NCBI GenBank assembly: GCA_038259535.1
Contig: JBBSOR010000003.1
Span: forward strand, 10,946-74,945
Direction: 5' to 3'
DNA length: 64,000 nt
Source: Propionibacteriales bacterium
GTDB taxonomy: Bacteria; Actinomycetota; Actinomycetes; Propionibacteriales; Nocardioidaceae
In this document: positions 29,942-39,255 of the stretch, in pieces
Numbering within the stretch: the first letter of the stretch is position 1
Layout: the number at the start of each line of letters is the position of its first letter
Made by a program: the position numbers and the translations under genes
The notes under the pieces: model-generated
Database searches by the model: none
Told to the model about the DNA's origin: nothing
What the model saw: the letters and a program-made list of their open reading frames with translations, nothing else

Positions 29942-32122
29942 TCAGCCGTGCGAGAAGGTGATCTTGGGCAGCACGCGAGTGAGCCAGCGCGGGCTCCACC
30001 ATGCCGCCCGGCCGGTCAGGCGCAGCATCACCGGCAGCAGCACGAGCCTGACCAGGAACGCGTCGAGCAGCACGGCGACGCCGAGCACGATGCCCATCTC
30101 CTTGGGCGGCAGCGGGCCGGAGAGCGCGAAGGTGAAGAACACCGCGACCATCACCGCGCCGGCGGCGAAGATCACCCGTCCCGAGTGCGCCAGAGAGCCC
30201 ACCATGGCCTCACGCGGATCGCCGGACTTCTCGTAGTGCTCCTTGGCGGAGGCGAGCAGGAAGACGGTGTAGTCCATCGCGATCGCGAAGATCATCGCGA
30301 AGAAGAACACCGGGGCCCAGGCGTCGAGGAAGCCCTGGGACTCGAAGCCGAGCAGGTCGGCGCCGATGCCCTCCTGGAAGACCAGGCGAGCGACACCGAA
30401 GGCCGCAGCCGTGGACAGCAGGCTGGCCAGGGTGCCCAGCAGCGAGATGAGCGGCGCCTGGAGGGCGACGAGCAGGAGCAGGAAGCCGAGGGTCAGCACG
30501 ACGCCGATCACGAGCGGGGTGGACTCGTCGAGCTGGCTCTTGAGGTCGAGGTTCTCCACCGCAGCCCCTCCCACGAGCGCAGACGCGGGCAGGTCCTCCC
30601 GCAACCGGTCGACGGTCGCACCGAGCTGAGGGTCGGAGGGGTCGACGGTCGGCACCGCCTGGATGAGCACGAGGTCGCTGTCATCGGCGGCGGGCTGCGG
30701 GGGCATGGCCCCCGCGATGCCGGTGTCGGCGCCCAGGACGGCGTACGACGCCTCCGCGTCCGCGCTGTCGGCCACCACCTGGAGTGTGCCGGGAGCGCCG
30801 TCCCCGAACGCCTGCTGCACCTGGTCGTAGCCGACGCGTGCGCTGGCATCCTCCGGCAGCACCTGGATGGACGGCATCGCCGTCGTCAGGCCCAGGACCG
30901 GGGCCGCGAGGGCCAACAGGACCACGAGGGAGGCCAGTCCGAAGGCGACGGGTCGCCGCCACAGGCGCTCGCCCCACGCCGCGAATCGGGCCGAGCGGTG
31001 CTCGCCGGTGTGGACCCACTTCAGGGCCAGCTTGTTGATCCGGTGGTCGAGGCCGAAGAGCACGAGAGGGAGCAGGGTCAACGTGGCGGCCAGCACGAAG
31101 ACGACCGCGAGCATGATCCCTCCGGCCATCGACCGGAAGGACGGCGACGGCACGAGCATCACCGCCGACAGCGACACGAGCACAGTGATCCCCGAGAGGA
31201 GGACGGCCTTGCCGGCGGTGTCCATGGTCTCGGCGATCGCCTGGCGCGGCGTCTCGTGGTGTCCCATCCGGGCGGCGCGGAAGCGGACCACGAGGAAGAG
31301 CGCGTAGTCGATGCCCAGCGCGAGGGCGAACATCATCGCGAAGTTCATCGCCCAGATCGAGACCGGCACCAGCTCGTTGATGAGCACGAGCGACCCGGCC
31401 GATGCGACGAGACCCGCGAGGGTCAGGATGAGGGGGAGCCCGGCGGCGACCAGGGCCCCGAAGGCGAGGACGAGGATCGCGAGCGTCACCGGCCAGGAGA
31501 ACATCTCGGACTTCAGCATCGCGTCGAGGTTGGCCTCGTTGAAGTCCGACCAGAGCAGGGAGGCACCGGTCGGATTGACCTCGACGCCCGCTCCGGAGAG
31601 GGCCTCGAGCTCGCCCTTGAGGTCGTCGGCGACGCGCACCATCTCGTTGGGGTCGGCGCCCGCGCCGGCGAGGATCACGGCGGTCTCGCCGTCCTGGCTG
31701 AGGGTGGCGCCCGGTTCGGGCGCAATGACGTCGGCGATGCGCGGCTCGTCCACGAGCAGGGCGGTCACCCGGGCGAGCACCTCCTGGCCGCGTCCTTCGG
31801 TCACCGGCCCGTCGGTGCGGTGCACGACGACCTGGATGGCCGAGCTGGCGTTGCCGCCGAAGCTCGCCGTCGCCACCTCGCGGACGGCGACGGACTCGGA
31901 TCCGTCCGCCTGCCAGCCGGCCCCGGAGAGGTTGGCCTCGACCTTGGGTGCGAAGGCACCGAGGCCGACGATCAGCAGCAGCCAGACGGCGGCGGTGAGC
32001 CGGCGGTGGTGAGTGACCCACACGCCGAGTCGGCCGAGGGGGCCGGGCCGGTAGCCGATGCCGTCGGGGTCGGACGCGGGTGTGGGGCGAACAGCGTGGC
32101 GGCGGGTGGCCGTCGACGTCAT
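29942..32122 (-). CDS. MMPL family (RND) transporter
   Basis: ALGIDYALF, TAGKAVLLSG, AIAMDYTVFL, SGRVIFAAG; about 12 TM segments. Confidence 0.92.
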   Translation of the reverse strand: MTSTATRRHAVRPTPASDPDGIGYRPGPLGRLGVWVTHHRRLTAAVWLLLIVGLGAFAPKVEANLSGAGWQADGSESVAVREVATASFGGNASSAIQVVVHRTDGPVTEGRGQEVLARVTALLVDEPRIADVIAPEPGATLSQDGETAVILAGAGADPNEMVRVADDLKGELEALSGAGVEVNPTGASLLWSDFNEANLDAMLKSEMFSWPVTLAILVLAFGALVAAGLPLILTLAGLVASAGSLVLINELVPVSIWAMNFAMMFALALGIDYALFLVVRFRAARMGHHETPRQAIAETMDTAGKAVLLSGITVLVSLSAVMLVPSPSFRSMAGGIMLAVVFVLAATLTLLPLVLFGLDHRINKLALKWVHTGEHRSARFAAWGERLWRRPVAFGLASLVVLLALAAPVLGLTTAMPSIQVLPEDASARVGYDQVQQAFGDGAPGTLQVVADSADAEASYAVLGADTGIAGAMPPQPAADDSDLVLIQAVPTVDPSDPQLGATVDRLREDLPASALVGGAAVENLDLKSQLDESTPLVIGVVLTLGFLLLLVALQAPLISLLGTLASLLSTAAAFGVARLVFQEGIGADLLGFESQGFLDAWAPVFFFAMIFAIAMDYTVFLLASAKEHYEKSGDPREAMVGSLAHSGRVIFAAGAVMVAVFFTFALSGPLPPKEMGIVLGVAVLLDAFLVRLVLLPVMLRLTGRAAWWSPRWLTRVLPKITFSHG

Positions 32123-32161
32123 GGGAGAGCTCTTCCTGTCAGGGGGGGCGTGCAGGACGGG

Positions 32162-32989
32162 TCAGACGAGGGCGGGCAGGGCCTGGGCGGCGGTGTAGAC
32201 CGCGACGACGAGGACCAGCCCGGTGAAGGCGGCGGAGAGGCGGCGGGTGTCGGTCCGGTCGGCGATCCGGGCGCCGACGACGGCTCCGACGGCGGCGGTC
32301 GCGGTCAGCGCGACGACGGGCCACCAGTCGGGGGCGATCCCGGTGCCGGTGCGGGCCACGAGGGCGACACCGCTGGTGAGGGTGATCACGACGAGTGAGG
32401 TCCCCGCGGCGTACTCCATCGGCAGGCTGAGCGCCACGAGGAGCGCGGGGACGACGAGGAAGCCCCCGCCGACGCCCAGGAACCCGGTCAGCAGGCCGAC
32501 CGCCGTCGCGGTGACGAGCACCTTCAACGCGCGTGGGCACTGGCACGCGAAGGTGGGGCTGAAGGTGATGATCGGGTCGTCGAGCCCGGGGCGGTGGGCG
32601 GTGCGGGCGGCGGGGTCGGCGTGGCGGCCGCGCAGCTGGCGCACGGCGAGCAGGGTGCCCACGGCGAGCATCAGCACGGCGAAGGCGCCGAGCAGCACCG
32701 GCTCCGCGACGGCGGCAGAGGCGCGTGCCCCTGCCACGGCGCCACCGGTCGCGACGAGTCCGAAGGTGACGCCGCGAGCCAGCAGGACGTTGCCGGCGCG
32801 GTGCGCCGCGATCGCCCCGACCAGGGAGGTCACACCGACCACGACGAGCGACCCCGTCGTGGCCTGCGCCGGACTCTGCCCGAGGGCGTAGACCAGCACC
32901 GGGACGGCCAGGATGGAGCCGCCGCCGCCGAGCGCGCCGAGACTGAGCCCGATGAGCGCACCGGCGACGACCGCGATCGCGAGCGTCAC
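32162..32989 (-). CDS. Sulfite exporter TauE/SafE family protein
   Basis: LGGGGSILAVPVLVY, GFLGVGGGFLVVPAL, AAGTSL. Confidence 0.9.
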   Translation of the reverse strand: MTLAIAVVAGALIGLSLGALGGGGSILAVPVLVYALGQSPAQATTGSLVVVGVTSLVGAIAAHRAGNVLLARGVTFGLVATGGAVAGARASAAVAEPVLLGAFAVLMLAVGTLLAVRQLRGRHADPAARTAHRPGLDDPIITFSPTFACQCPRALKVLVTATAVGLLTGFLGVGGGFLVVPALLVALSLPMEYAAGTSLVVITLTSGVALVARTGTGIAPDWWPVVALTATAAVGAVVGARIADRTDTRRLSAAFTGLVLVVAVYTAAQALPALV

Positions 32990-34365
32990 GCGTCGGGCCC
33001 CACGAGGTGGAGTCCCACCTTCTCCGCGTTGTCGAAGGAGTCGTCGACGGCGACGAGCGAGCGCCCGGCGGCATCGAGCATCGAGGCCGCGACCGAGGCG
33101 CGGTAGCCCCCGGCGCAGTGCACCCACACCTCGCCGGTCGGCACGTCCGTGAGGCGACCCAGGAGCTCGTGCAGGGGGATGTTGACCGCGCCCGCGATCC
33201 GGGCGGCGTCGTGCTCGTCGGCACGCCGGACGTCCAGCACGACCACCTGGCGGTGGTGCCGCACCTGGGCGAGGTCGGCGAAGGTGGCCGTCGGGAACGA
33301 GCCCAGCTCGCCCTCGCTCCAGTCCTCGGGCTTGCCGGTCGCGTGCGCGGCCGGGCGGTCGATCCCGATGCGCACCAGCTCGCGCTGGGCCTCGGCCACC
33401 TGGTCGGGGGTCTCACCGAGGAGGGTGAGAGGGGTGCCCCACGGAACCAGCCAGCCGAGGTAGGTGGCGAAGCCGCCGTCCAGGCCGAAGTTCAGCGTCC
33501 CGGGCGCGTGGCCGGCCGCGAACGTCGTACGGCTGCGCAGGTCGACGACCCACTCGCCGGCCTCGATGCGTCGACGCAGCTCTGCCGCGTCGGCGAGCGC
33601 GGGCGGCGACAGGTCGGGCTCGGCGGGGCCGGCGGCGTTGGCGGGAGCCATGTGGGCGTAGTAGGCCGGCCAGGGGCCGAGGCCCGCGAGGAGCTCGTCG
33701 ACGTAGGTCTGCTCGTCCTGGGTCAGGACCGGGTTGGAGCTCTTCTCCTGGCCGATGGTCGACGACGTCGCCTCCGACTGGGTGGCCGAGCAGAACGAGC
33801 CGAAGCCGTGGGTCGGGAAGACCTCAGCCTCGTCGGGCAGCAGGTCGGCGAGCCGGTGCGCCGAGGCGTGCTGGTGGTGGACCAGGTCGTCGGTGTGCTC
33901 GGGTCCGAGGAGGTCCGGGCGACCGGTCGCGCCGAAGAGGAGCGAGCCACCGGAGAAGACGCCGATCGCGTGGTCGAGGCCGTCGACGGTGTCGGTCAGG
34001 GCGTAGGAGAGGTGGGTGAACGTGTGACCGGGGGTCGCCAGCACGGTGATGCGCATCCGGTCGCCCACCTCGATCGCCTGCCCGTCCGTGATGGGCGTGC
34101 GGGTGAACGACACGTCGTCCTCGCCGTTGACGAGGTAGAGCGCGCCGGTGCGCTGGGCGAGGGCCAGGCCGCCGGTGACGTAGTCGTTGTGGATGTGGGT
34201 CTCGAAGACATGGGTCAGCCGCACGCCGTGCTCGTCGAGCAGCGCGAGGACCCGGTCGATGTCACGCTGCGGGTCGACCACGAGGGCGACCTCGCCGTCG
34301 TGGACGAGATAGCTGCGGTCGCCCAGCGTGGGGGTCTCGATGGCAAGGATGGTGAGGTCGGACAT
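32986..34365 (-). CDS. MBL-fold persulfide dioxygenase with two rhodanese domains (CstB-like)
   Basis: ETHIHNDYVTG, TPGHT, PTHGFGSFC, C-terminal HCAGGYRA. Confidence 0.88.
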   Translation of the reverse strand: MSDLTILAIETPTLGDRSYLVHDGEVALVVDPQRDIDRVLALLDEHGVRLTHVFETHIHNDYVTGGLALAQRTGALYLVNGEDDVSFTRTPITDGQAIEVGDRMRITVLATPGHTFTHLSYALTDTVDGLDHAIGVFSGGSLLFGATGRPDLLGPEHTDDLVHHQHASAHRLADLLPDEAEVFPTHGFGSFCSATQSEATSSTIGQEKSSNPVLTQDEQTYVDELLAGLGPWPAYYAHMAPANAAGPAEPDLSPPALADAAELRRRIEAGEWVVDLRSRTTFAAGHAPGTLNFGLDGGFATYLGWLVPWGTPLTLLGETPDQVAEAQRELVRIGIDRPAAHATGKPEDWSEGELGSFPTATFADLAQVRHHRQVVVLDVRRADEHDAARIAGAVNIPLHELLGRLTDVPTGEVWVHCAGGYRASVAASMLDAAGRSLVAVDDSFDNAEKVGLHLVGPDA

Positions 34366-34682
34366 CACAGACCCACCTCCACGGGGCGCCCGGAGGTGAC
34401 CCAGGCGCTGGTGCCGCCGACGACCGACGCAGCGTCGAAGCCCTGGGCGACCAGCAGGTCGGCCATGGCCTTCGAGCGGTTGCCGGACGCGCAGATGACG
34501 TGGACCCGGCTGGACCGGTCGAGCTCGCTGAGACGGGAGGCCAGCTGGCCCATGGGCACGAGGACGGCGCCGGGGACGTGGCCCTGGGTGTACTCGGCCT
34601 GCTCGCGGACATCGACGGTCACGCCGGCGTCGCGCTCGGCGGCATAGGCCTCGAGCGAGATCTCGGGAGTCTGGAGGGACAT
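34365..34682 (-). CDS. Single-domain rhodanese sulfurtransferase
   Basis: DVRE, GHVPGA, ICASGNRS, GGTSAW. Confidence 0.9.
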   Translation of the reverse strand: MSLQTPEISLEAYAAERDAGVTVDVREQAEYTQGHVPGAVLVPMGQLASRLSELDRSSRVHVICASGNRSKAMADLLVAQGFDAASVVGGTSAWVTSGRPVEVGL

Positions 34683-34723
34683 GCGATTCCTCTCGTGAAG
34701 TGATGCTTGCGGGCTGTTGAGAA

Positions 34724-34771
34724 ATACCCTAGGGGGTATGTACGATGAATGCAAAACACCCCCCGGGGTAT
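34724..34771. promoter_or_regulatory. Tandem CsoR/CstR-family operators
   Basis: ATACCCTAGGGGGTAT (34724-34739) and ACACCCCCCGGGGTAT (34756-34771); C/G tracts with ATAC/GTAT flanks. Confidence 0.8.
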
Positions 34772-34796
34772 GCCCGGAGTCCTGAGGAGGAAACCC

Positions 34797-35168
34797 ATGA
34801 CCACCATCAACCTCACCGCGGACCAGTTCGAGCCCACCGTCGCGGAGAACGAGATCGTGCTCGTCGACTTCTGGGCCTCGTGGTGCGGCCCCTGCCGGCA
34901 GTTCGCCCCCGTCTATGAGCGGGCCAGCGAGTCGCACCCCGACATCGTGTTCGGCAAGGTCGACACCGAGGCCGAGCCGGCGCTCGCGGCCGCGGCGAAC
35001 ATCTCCTCGATCCCGACCCTGATGGCCTTCAAGCACGGTGTGCTGGTCTTCTCCCAGCCCGGTGCCCTGCCCGCGCCTAGTCTGGAGCAGCTGGTCGGCG
35101 CCGTCCGTGAGCTCGACGTGGACGCGGCGACCGCCGCTGCTGCAGCCACCCAGGAGAGGAGTGCCTGA
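34797..35168 (+). CDS. Thioredoxin
   Basis: DFWASWCGPC, IPTLMAFK; SD GAGGAGG. Confidence 0.93.
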   Translation: MTTINLTADQFEPTVAENEIVLVDFWASWCGPCRQFAPVYERASESHPDIVFGKVDTEAEPALAAAANISSIPTLMAFKHGVLVFSQPGALPAPSLEQLVGAVRELDVDAATAAAAATQERSA

Positions 35169-35569
35169 TGGGCACCTACACGCTGTCCGCCACGATCGCC
35201 CGCCCGTACGCCGAGGTGCTGGACGCCACCCGGGCCGCACTGGCCGACCAGGGCTTCGGCATCCTCACCGAGATCGACCTCGCCGCCACCTTGAAGGCCA
35301 AGCTGGACGTCGACCTGCCGCCACAGGTCATCCTGGGCGCCTGCCGACCCCCGCTGGCCTACGAGGCGATCCAGGTCGACCCCTCCATCGCCGCCGTGCT
35401 GCCCTGCAACGTGGTCGTGCGGACCCTCGATGCCGGCACCACCATCGTCGAGGCCTTCGACCCGGACGCGATGATGGGGCTGGCCGACTCGGGTGCCCTC
35501 GACTCGGTCGCCGCCGACGCCAAGAAGCGCCTGAACGCGGCGCTGTCCGCCCTGACCGAGGAGAACTGA
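35168..35569 (+). CDS. DUF302 family protein
   Basis: GFGILTEID, ILGACRPPLA, LPCNVVV. Confidence 0.9.
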   Translation: MGTYTLSATIARPYAEVLDATRAALADQGFGILTEIDLAATLKAKLDVDLPPQVILGACRPPLAYEAIQVDPSIAAVLPCNVVVRTLDAGTTIVEAFDPDAMMGLADSGALDSVAADAKKRLNAALSALTEEN

Positions 35570-35832
35570 TGGAGCTCGACCCGACCCAGATGACCCCCGT
35601 CATCAACCGCATCAAGCGCGCCCAGGGCCAGCTCGCCGGTGTCCTGCGGCTGCTCGAGGAGGGCCGCGACTGCGAGGACGTCGTCACCCAGCTCGCCGCG
35701 GTGTCCAAGGCCCTGGACCGGGCCGGCTTCGCGATCGTCGCGAGCGGGCTGCAGCAGTGCCTGGTGGCCGGCGACGGCGTGGACGGTGTGGACGTGAAGA
35801 AGATGGAGAAGCTCTTCCTGTCCCTCGCGTGA
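35569..35832 (+). CDS. CsoR/RcnR family repressor (CstR-like)
   Basis: NRIKRAQGQLAGV...RDCEDVVTQLAAVSKALDR...GLQQC. Confidence 0.9.
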   Translation: MELDPTQMTPVINRIKRAQGQLAGVLRLLEEGRDCEDVVTQLAAVSKALDRAGFAIVASGLQQCLVAGDGVDGVDVKKMEKLFLSLA

Positions 35833-35856
35833 GATCGGCGGCCCTAGGGTCGGCGC

Positions 35857-36987
35857 ATGAGGGAGACAGTGAAAGAAGCGGTGCGCGATCGTGTCAACGA
35901 CCGGCTCGGTGACCCGATCTGGTGGAACGACGTCCTGCAGCTGACCAAGACCGTGTTCGCCGCCGTCGCGGCCTGGGTGGTCGCGTCGAGCGTGCTGGAC
36001 CTGCCGCAACCGTTCCTGGCCCCGTGGTCGGCTCTCCTGGTCGTCCACGCCACCGTCTACCGGACTTTCTCCAAGGGCACCCAGCAGGTGGCTGCCACGG
36101 TCGTGGCAGTGCTTCTGGCCACCGTGGTGGGGGAGGCGTTCGGGCTCAGCACCTGGGCCATCGCCCTGCTCCTGGTCGTCGCGCTCGTGCTCGGCTCCGT
36201 GCCGTGGCTTGGCGCCGAGGCCACGACCATCGCCACGACCGGCCTGATCGTGCTGACCACCGGCTTCGACAACGACGTCATGCTCGTGTCGCGGCTGCTG
36301 GACACCGCGATCGGGGTCGCCGTCGGGCTCGTGGTCAACCTCGTCGTCTGGCCGCCGCTGAGCCGCCACACCGCCGCAGAGGCGATGGATCGCCTCGACG
36401 ACCGCATCGGCGAGCTGCTCGTCGACATCGCCAGCTCCCTGGACGAGGGCTGCCGGGACGAGGACACCGTCGGGTGGATCGACCGCACCCGCGAGCTCGA
36501 CGCAGACCTGGACCATGCCACGGCCCTGGTGCGGCAGGCGCAGGAGAGCGCCCGGATGAACCCTCGCCGCCCTGCCCGGGAGATGAGGGACCCGCAGCAG
36601 TGGCTGGGGATCCTGTGGCGGATGGAGCAGGCGATCGCCGAGACCCGCAGCCTCGCCCGGACCCTCGGCGGCCAACGGGCACACCGGGAGACGTGGGGCC
36701 ACGCCTTTGCCGACCCGTGGATCTCGATGCTCGGCGACGCCGGACGCGCCACCGCCGGTGCCGACCCCGCGGCGCTGCTGGCGTTGCGCGGTCGCCTGGA
36801 GGCCTTCACCGAGGAGCTGCGCGGCAGCGAACGTTCCCCCGAGTGGCCGGTCTACGGAGCCCTGATCATCAACCTGCGCAACATCGTCGACGCCATGGAC
36901 AAGGTCGCCGCAGCCAACCCCATCGACGGCGGGCCGGTCCCGCTGCGGCTGCCGGTCCCGCTGCGGCTGCCGGTTCGTCGACGGTGA
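35857..36987 (+). CDS. FUSC/aromatic acid exporter family membrane protein
   Basis: KTVFAAVAAW, PFLAPWSALLV, RLLDTAIG, SARMNPR. Confidence 0.8.
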   Translation: MRETVKEAVRDRVNDRLGDPIWWNDVLQLTKTVFAAVAAWVVASSVLDLPQPFLAPWSALLVVHATVYRTFSKGTQQVAATVVAVLLATVVGEAFGLSTWAIALLLVVALVLGSVPWLGAEATTIATTGLIVLTTGFDNDVMLVSRLLDTAIGVAVGLVVNLVVWPPLSRHTAAEAMDRLDDRIGELLVDIASSLDEGCRDEDTVGWIDRTRELDADLDHATALVRQAQESARMNPRRPAREMRDPQQWLGILWRMEQAIAETRSLARTLGGQRAHRETWGHAFADPWISMLGDAGRATAGADPAALLALRGRLEAFTEELRGSERSPEWPVYGALIINLRNIVDAMDKVAAANPIDGGPVPLRLPVPLRLPVRRR

Positions 36988-37004
36988 CGGTGACGGTGAC
37001 GGTG
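36934..37004. repeat. 18-bp tandem duplication followed by an (ACGGTG)4 microsatellite
   Basis: CCGGTCCCGCTGCGGCTG x2 (encodes PVPLRL twice), then ACGGTG x4 across the stop codon. Confidence 0.8.
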
Positions 37005-37053
37005 AGACGGAGCCGGTCTGACCGCGAGGCCGGCGAACACGCAAGCCACCTGG

Positions 37054-37686
37054 CTACGCGGACCCGCCCTGACAGGTCACGGGTTGCTCGAGAGGCGAGC
37101 CCGGGTCGGCCGCGCACACCCCGATGGTGGCGTCGATGACGGTGTTGTCAAGGCGACCATCCACCTCGTAGCTCACGGCAATGCCGTTCACGACCACTGC
37201 GGAATCGGATGGAACAGGGAACAGAACCGCGAGCTCCAATCCGGTGTTGTGTGCTGTGCACTCCGCCACCTCACCGTGGCTCGCCGATTCCGGTTCGCCG
37301 CCGGTGGGAGCCGCCTCGAAGGCGCCGGGCAACTTGCTGACCGGACCACCGCCCCTTCCCATCGGCTCCGTGTGCGCGGTCCAAGCGACCTCGAACGTGA
37401 CACGGTCGGCATCCGTCGCCTCGGCGGCCTCCACACCTGTCACCGTCACCTCCGCGGGCGACCCCTCGGTGAGGCAACCCGGTAGCGCGCCGAACATGGG
37501 CCGGGGCGAGGCGGCCATCATCACCTCGACGTGGCCCGCCGTGAACGACAGCGGCCCCGAGCCCGTGGCGACAGTCGCCGTCGACCCGTCATCGTCCGTG
37601 CAGGACGAAAGGGCAGCCCCCACGATCACCAGCAACGCGAAGCGAGTGATCAGGAGGCCGACCTCGCGTCGAGAGCCACGGATCAT
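37054..37686 (-). CDS. Hypothetical lipoprotein
   Basis: Lipobox-like LSSC after a hydrophobic stretch; codon usage looks atypical; directly downstream of tRNA-His. Confidence 0.55.
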   Translation of the reverse strand: MIRGSRREVGLLITRFALLVIVGAALSSCTDDDGSTATVATGSGPLSFTAGHVEVMMAASPRPMFGALPGCLTEGSPAEVTVTGVEAAEATDADRVTFEVAWTAHTEPMGRGGGPVSKLPGAFEAAPTGGEPESASHGEVAECTAHNTGLELAVLFPVPSDSAVVVNGIAVSYEVDGRLDNTVIDATIGVCAADPGSPLEQPVTCQGGSA

Positions 37687-37781
37687 CTCGTCACGTCGTC
37701 CGGCATCACGGCAGCGATCTTCGCAGACGGGTCAGAGGTCGTGCTCGGCGCGTCGACCGAACACCACGGCCACCGAGAGAT

Positions 37782-37818
37782 CGAGCCCCTGACCGCATCT
37801 GCGCAGGTCAGGGGCTCG
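37782..37818. terminator. 13-bp hairpin downstream of tRNA-His
   Basis: CGAGCCCCTGACC...GGTCAGGGGCTCG. Confidence 0.65.
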
Positions 37819-37825
37819 TTCTGCT

Positions 37826-37902
37826 TGGGGTGAGTAACGGGACTTGAACCCGCGACATCCGCCACCACAAGGCGGCGCTCTACCAGCTGAGCTATACCCA
37901 CC
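37826..37902 (-). tRNA. tRNA-His (anticodon GTG)
   Basis: G-1 present; anticodon arm CCGCC-TTGTGGT-GGCGG; encoded CCA. Confidence 0.96.
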
Positions 37903-37947
37903 ATGTCTGCTCGCGCTGAGGCGAGGACGACGAGAAGTGTAGGGCAA

Positions 37948-38604
37948 TCAGTCGCTGGAACCGGAATCAGGGGTCGACGTCGGGGTGCCATCGTGCCCGA
38001 GACCGGTCAGCTGGCCGCCGTGCCGAGCCGCGATCTCCTTGGCCAGTGCGCTGTCGGGGCCGGGCTGCGGCACGAAGACGGCCTCGCGGTAGTAGCGCAG
38101 CTCCTCGATGCTCTCCTGGATGTCCGCCAGTGCGCGGTGGTTGCCGCGCTTGGTGGGGGCCGAGAAGTACGCACGCGGGAACCAGCGACGGGAGAGCTCC
38201 TTGATGGAGGAGACGTCGACGATCCGGTAGTGCAGGAACGACTCGAGCGCCGGCATGTCCCGGGCGAGGTAGGCGCGGTCGGTGGCCACGGTGTTGCCGG
38301 CCAGCGGCGGTCGGCTCCCGTCGGCGCAGTGCTCGTGGATGTAGGCGAGGACCTGCTCCTCCGCGTCCGCGAGCGTCGTACCGGCCGCGAGCTCATCGAG
38401 CAGGCCGGACTTCTCGTGCATGTTCCGCACGAACTCGACCATCTGGTCCAACGACTCTGCGGACGGCTTGATGATCACGTCGATGCCCTCGCCGAGCACG
38501 TTGAGCTCGAAGTCCGTGACGAGGGCGGCGACCTCGATCAACGCGTCCGCGCCCAGGTCGAGTCCGGTCATCTCGCAGTCGATCCACACCAGTCTGTCGC
38601 TCAC
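37948..38604 (-). CDS. orn: Oligoribonuclease
   Basis: [32 protein letters not shown]. Confidence 0.95.
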   Translation of the reverse strand: MSDRLVWIDCEMTGLDLGADALIEVAALVTDFELNVLGEGIDVIIKPSAESLDQMVEFVRNMHEKSGLLDELAAGTTLADAEEQVLAYIHEHCADGSRPPLAGNTVATDRAYLARDMPALESFLHYRIVDVSSIKELSRRWFPRAYFSAPTKRGNHRALADIQESIEELRYYREAVFVPQPGPDSALAKEIAARHGGQLTGLGHDGTPTSTPDSGSSD

Positions 38605-38691
38605 GAGCGGCCACCCTACCGACCCCCTCACCGACCTCTCTGCGGCCGGGTTCTCAGCCACGATTCAGGCTCGCCTCCTAACCTTCGGGGT

Positions 38692-39255
38692 GTGAAGGAC
38701 TGGTTCGGCCTCGTGGCGCGCCTGGTGACGGGTGGTGTGTGGATCGTGGCCGGCGCGCTCAAGCTGCCCCATCCGGCCGACAGCGTTCGTGCCGTGCGGG
38801 CCTACGACCTCCTGCCGGAGGCGATCGTCCCGGCGGTCGGGCACCTGCTGCCTGTCGTCGAGGTCGTCATCGGTCTGTGCCTGGTGCTGGGCGTGATGGT
38901 GCGCGGGACCTCGGTGGTCTCGGGCGTGCTCTTCGTCGCCTTCATCATCGGCATCTCCTCGGCGTGGGCGCGCGGGCTGTCGATCGACTGCGGCTGCTTC
39001 GGAGGCGGCGGTGAGATCCCGGACGCGGCCGCCCAGTACCCCGGCGAGATCGCGCGCGACGTCGGCCTGCTGGTGCTGAGCCTGTGGCTCGTCGTACGTC
39101 CGGGGTCCCGTCTGGCGCTCGAGAACCTCCTCTTCCCCTCCATGGCCGATCCCGACAACGACCTCGACGACCCCGACGACGACACTGAACCCACCGACGA
39201 CTACGACGAAGGAAGCCTCGATGGCGCAGAAGAAGACCTCGCACAGGACCGCTGA
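38692..39255 (+). CDS. MauE/DoxX family redox-associated membrane protein
   Basis: AVRAYDLLP, ARGLSIDCGCFGGGG, IARD; acidic tail. Confidence 0.88.
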   Translation: MKDWFGLVARLVTGGVWIVAGALKLPHPADSVRAVRAYDLLPEAIVPAVGHLLPVVEVVIGLCLVLGVMVRGTSVVSGVLFVAFIIGISSAWARGLSIDCGCFGGGGEIPDAAAQYPGEIARDVGLLVLSLWLVVRPGSRLALENLLFPSMADPDNDLDDPDDDTEPTDDYDEGSLDGAEEDLAQDR

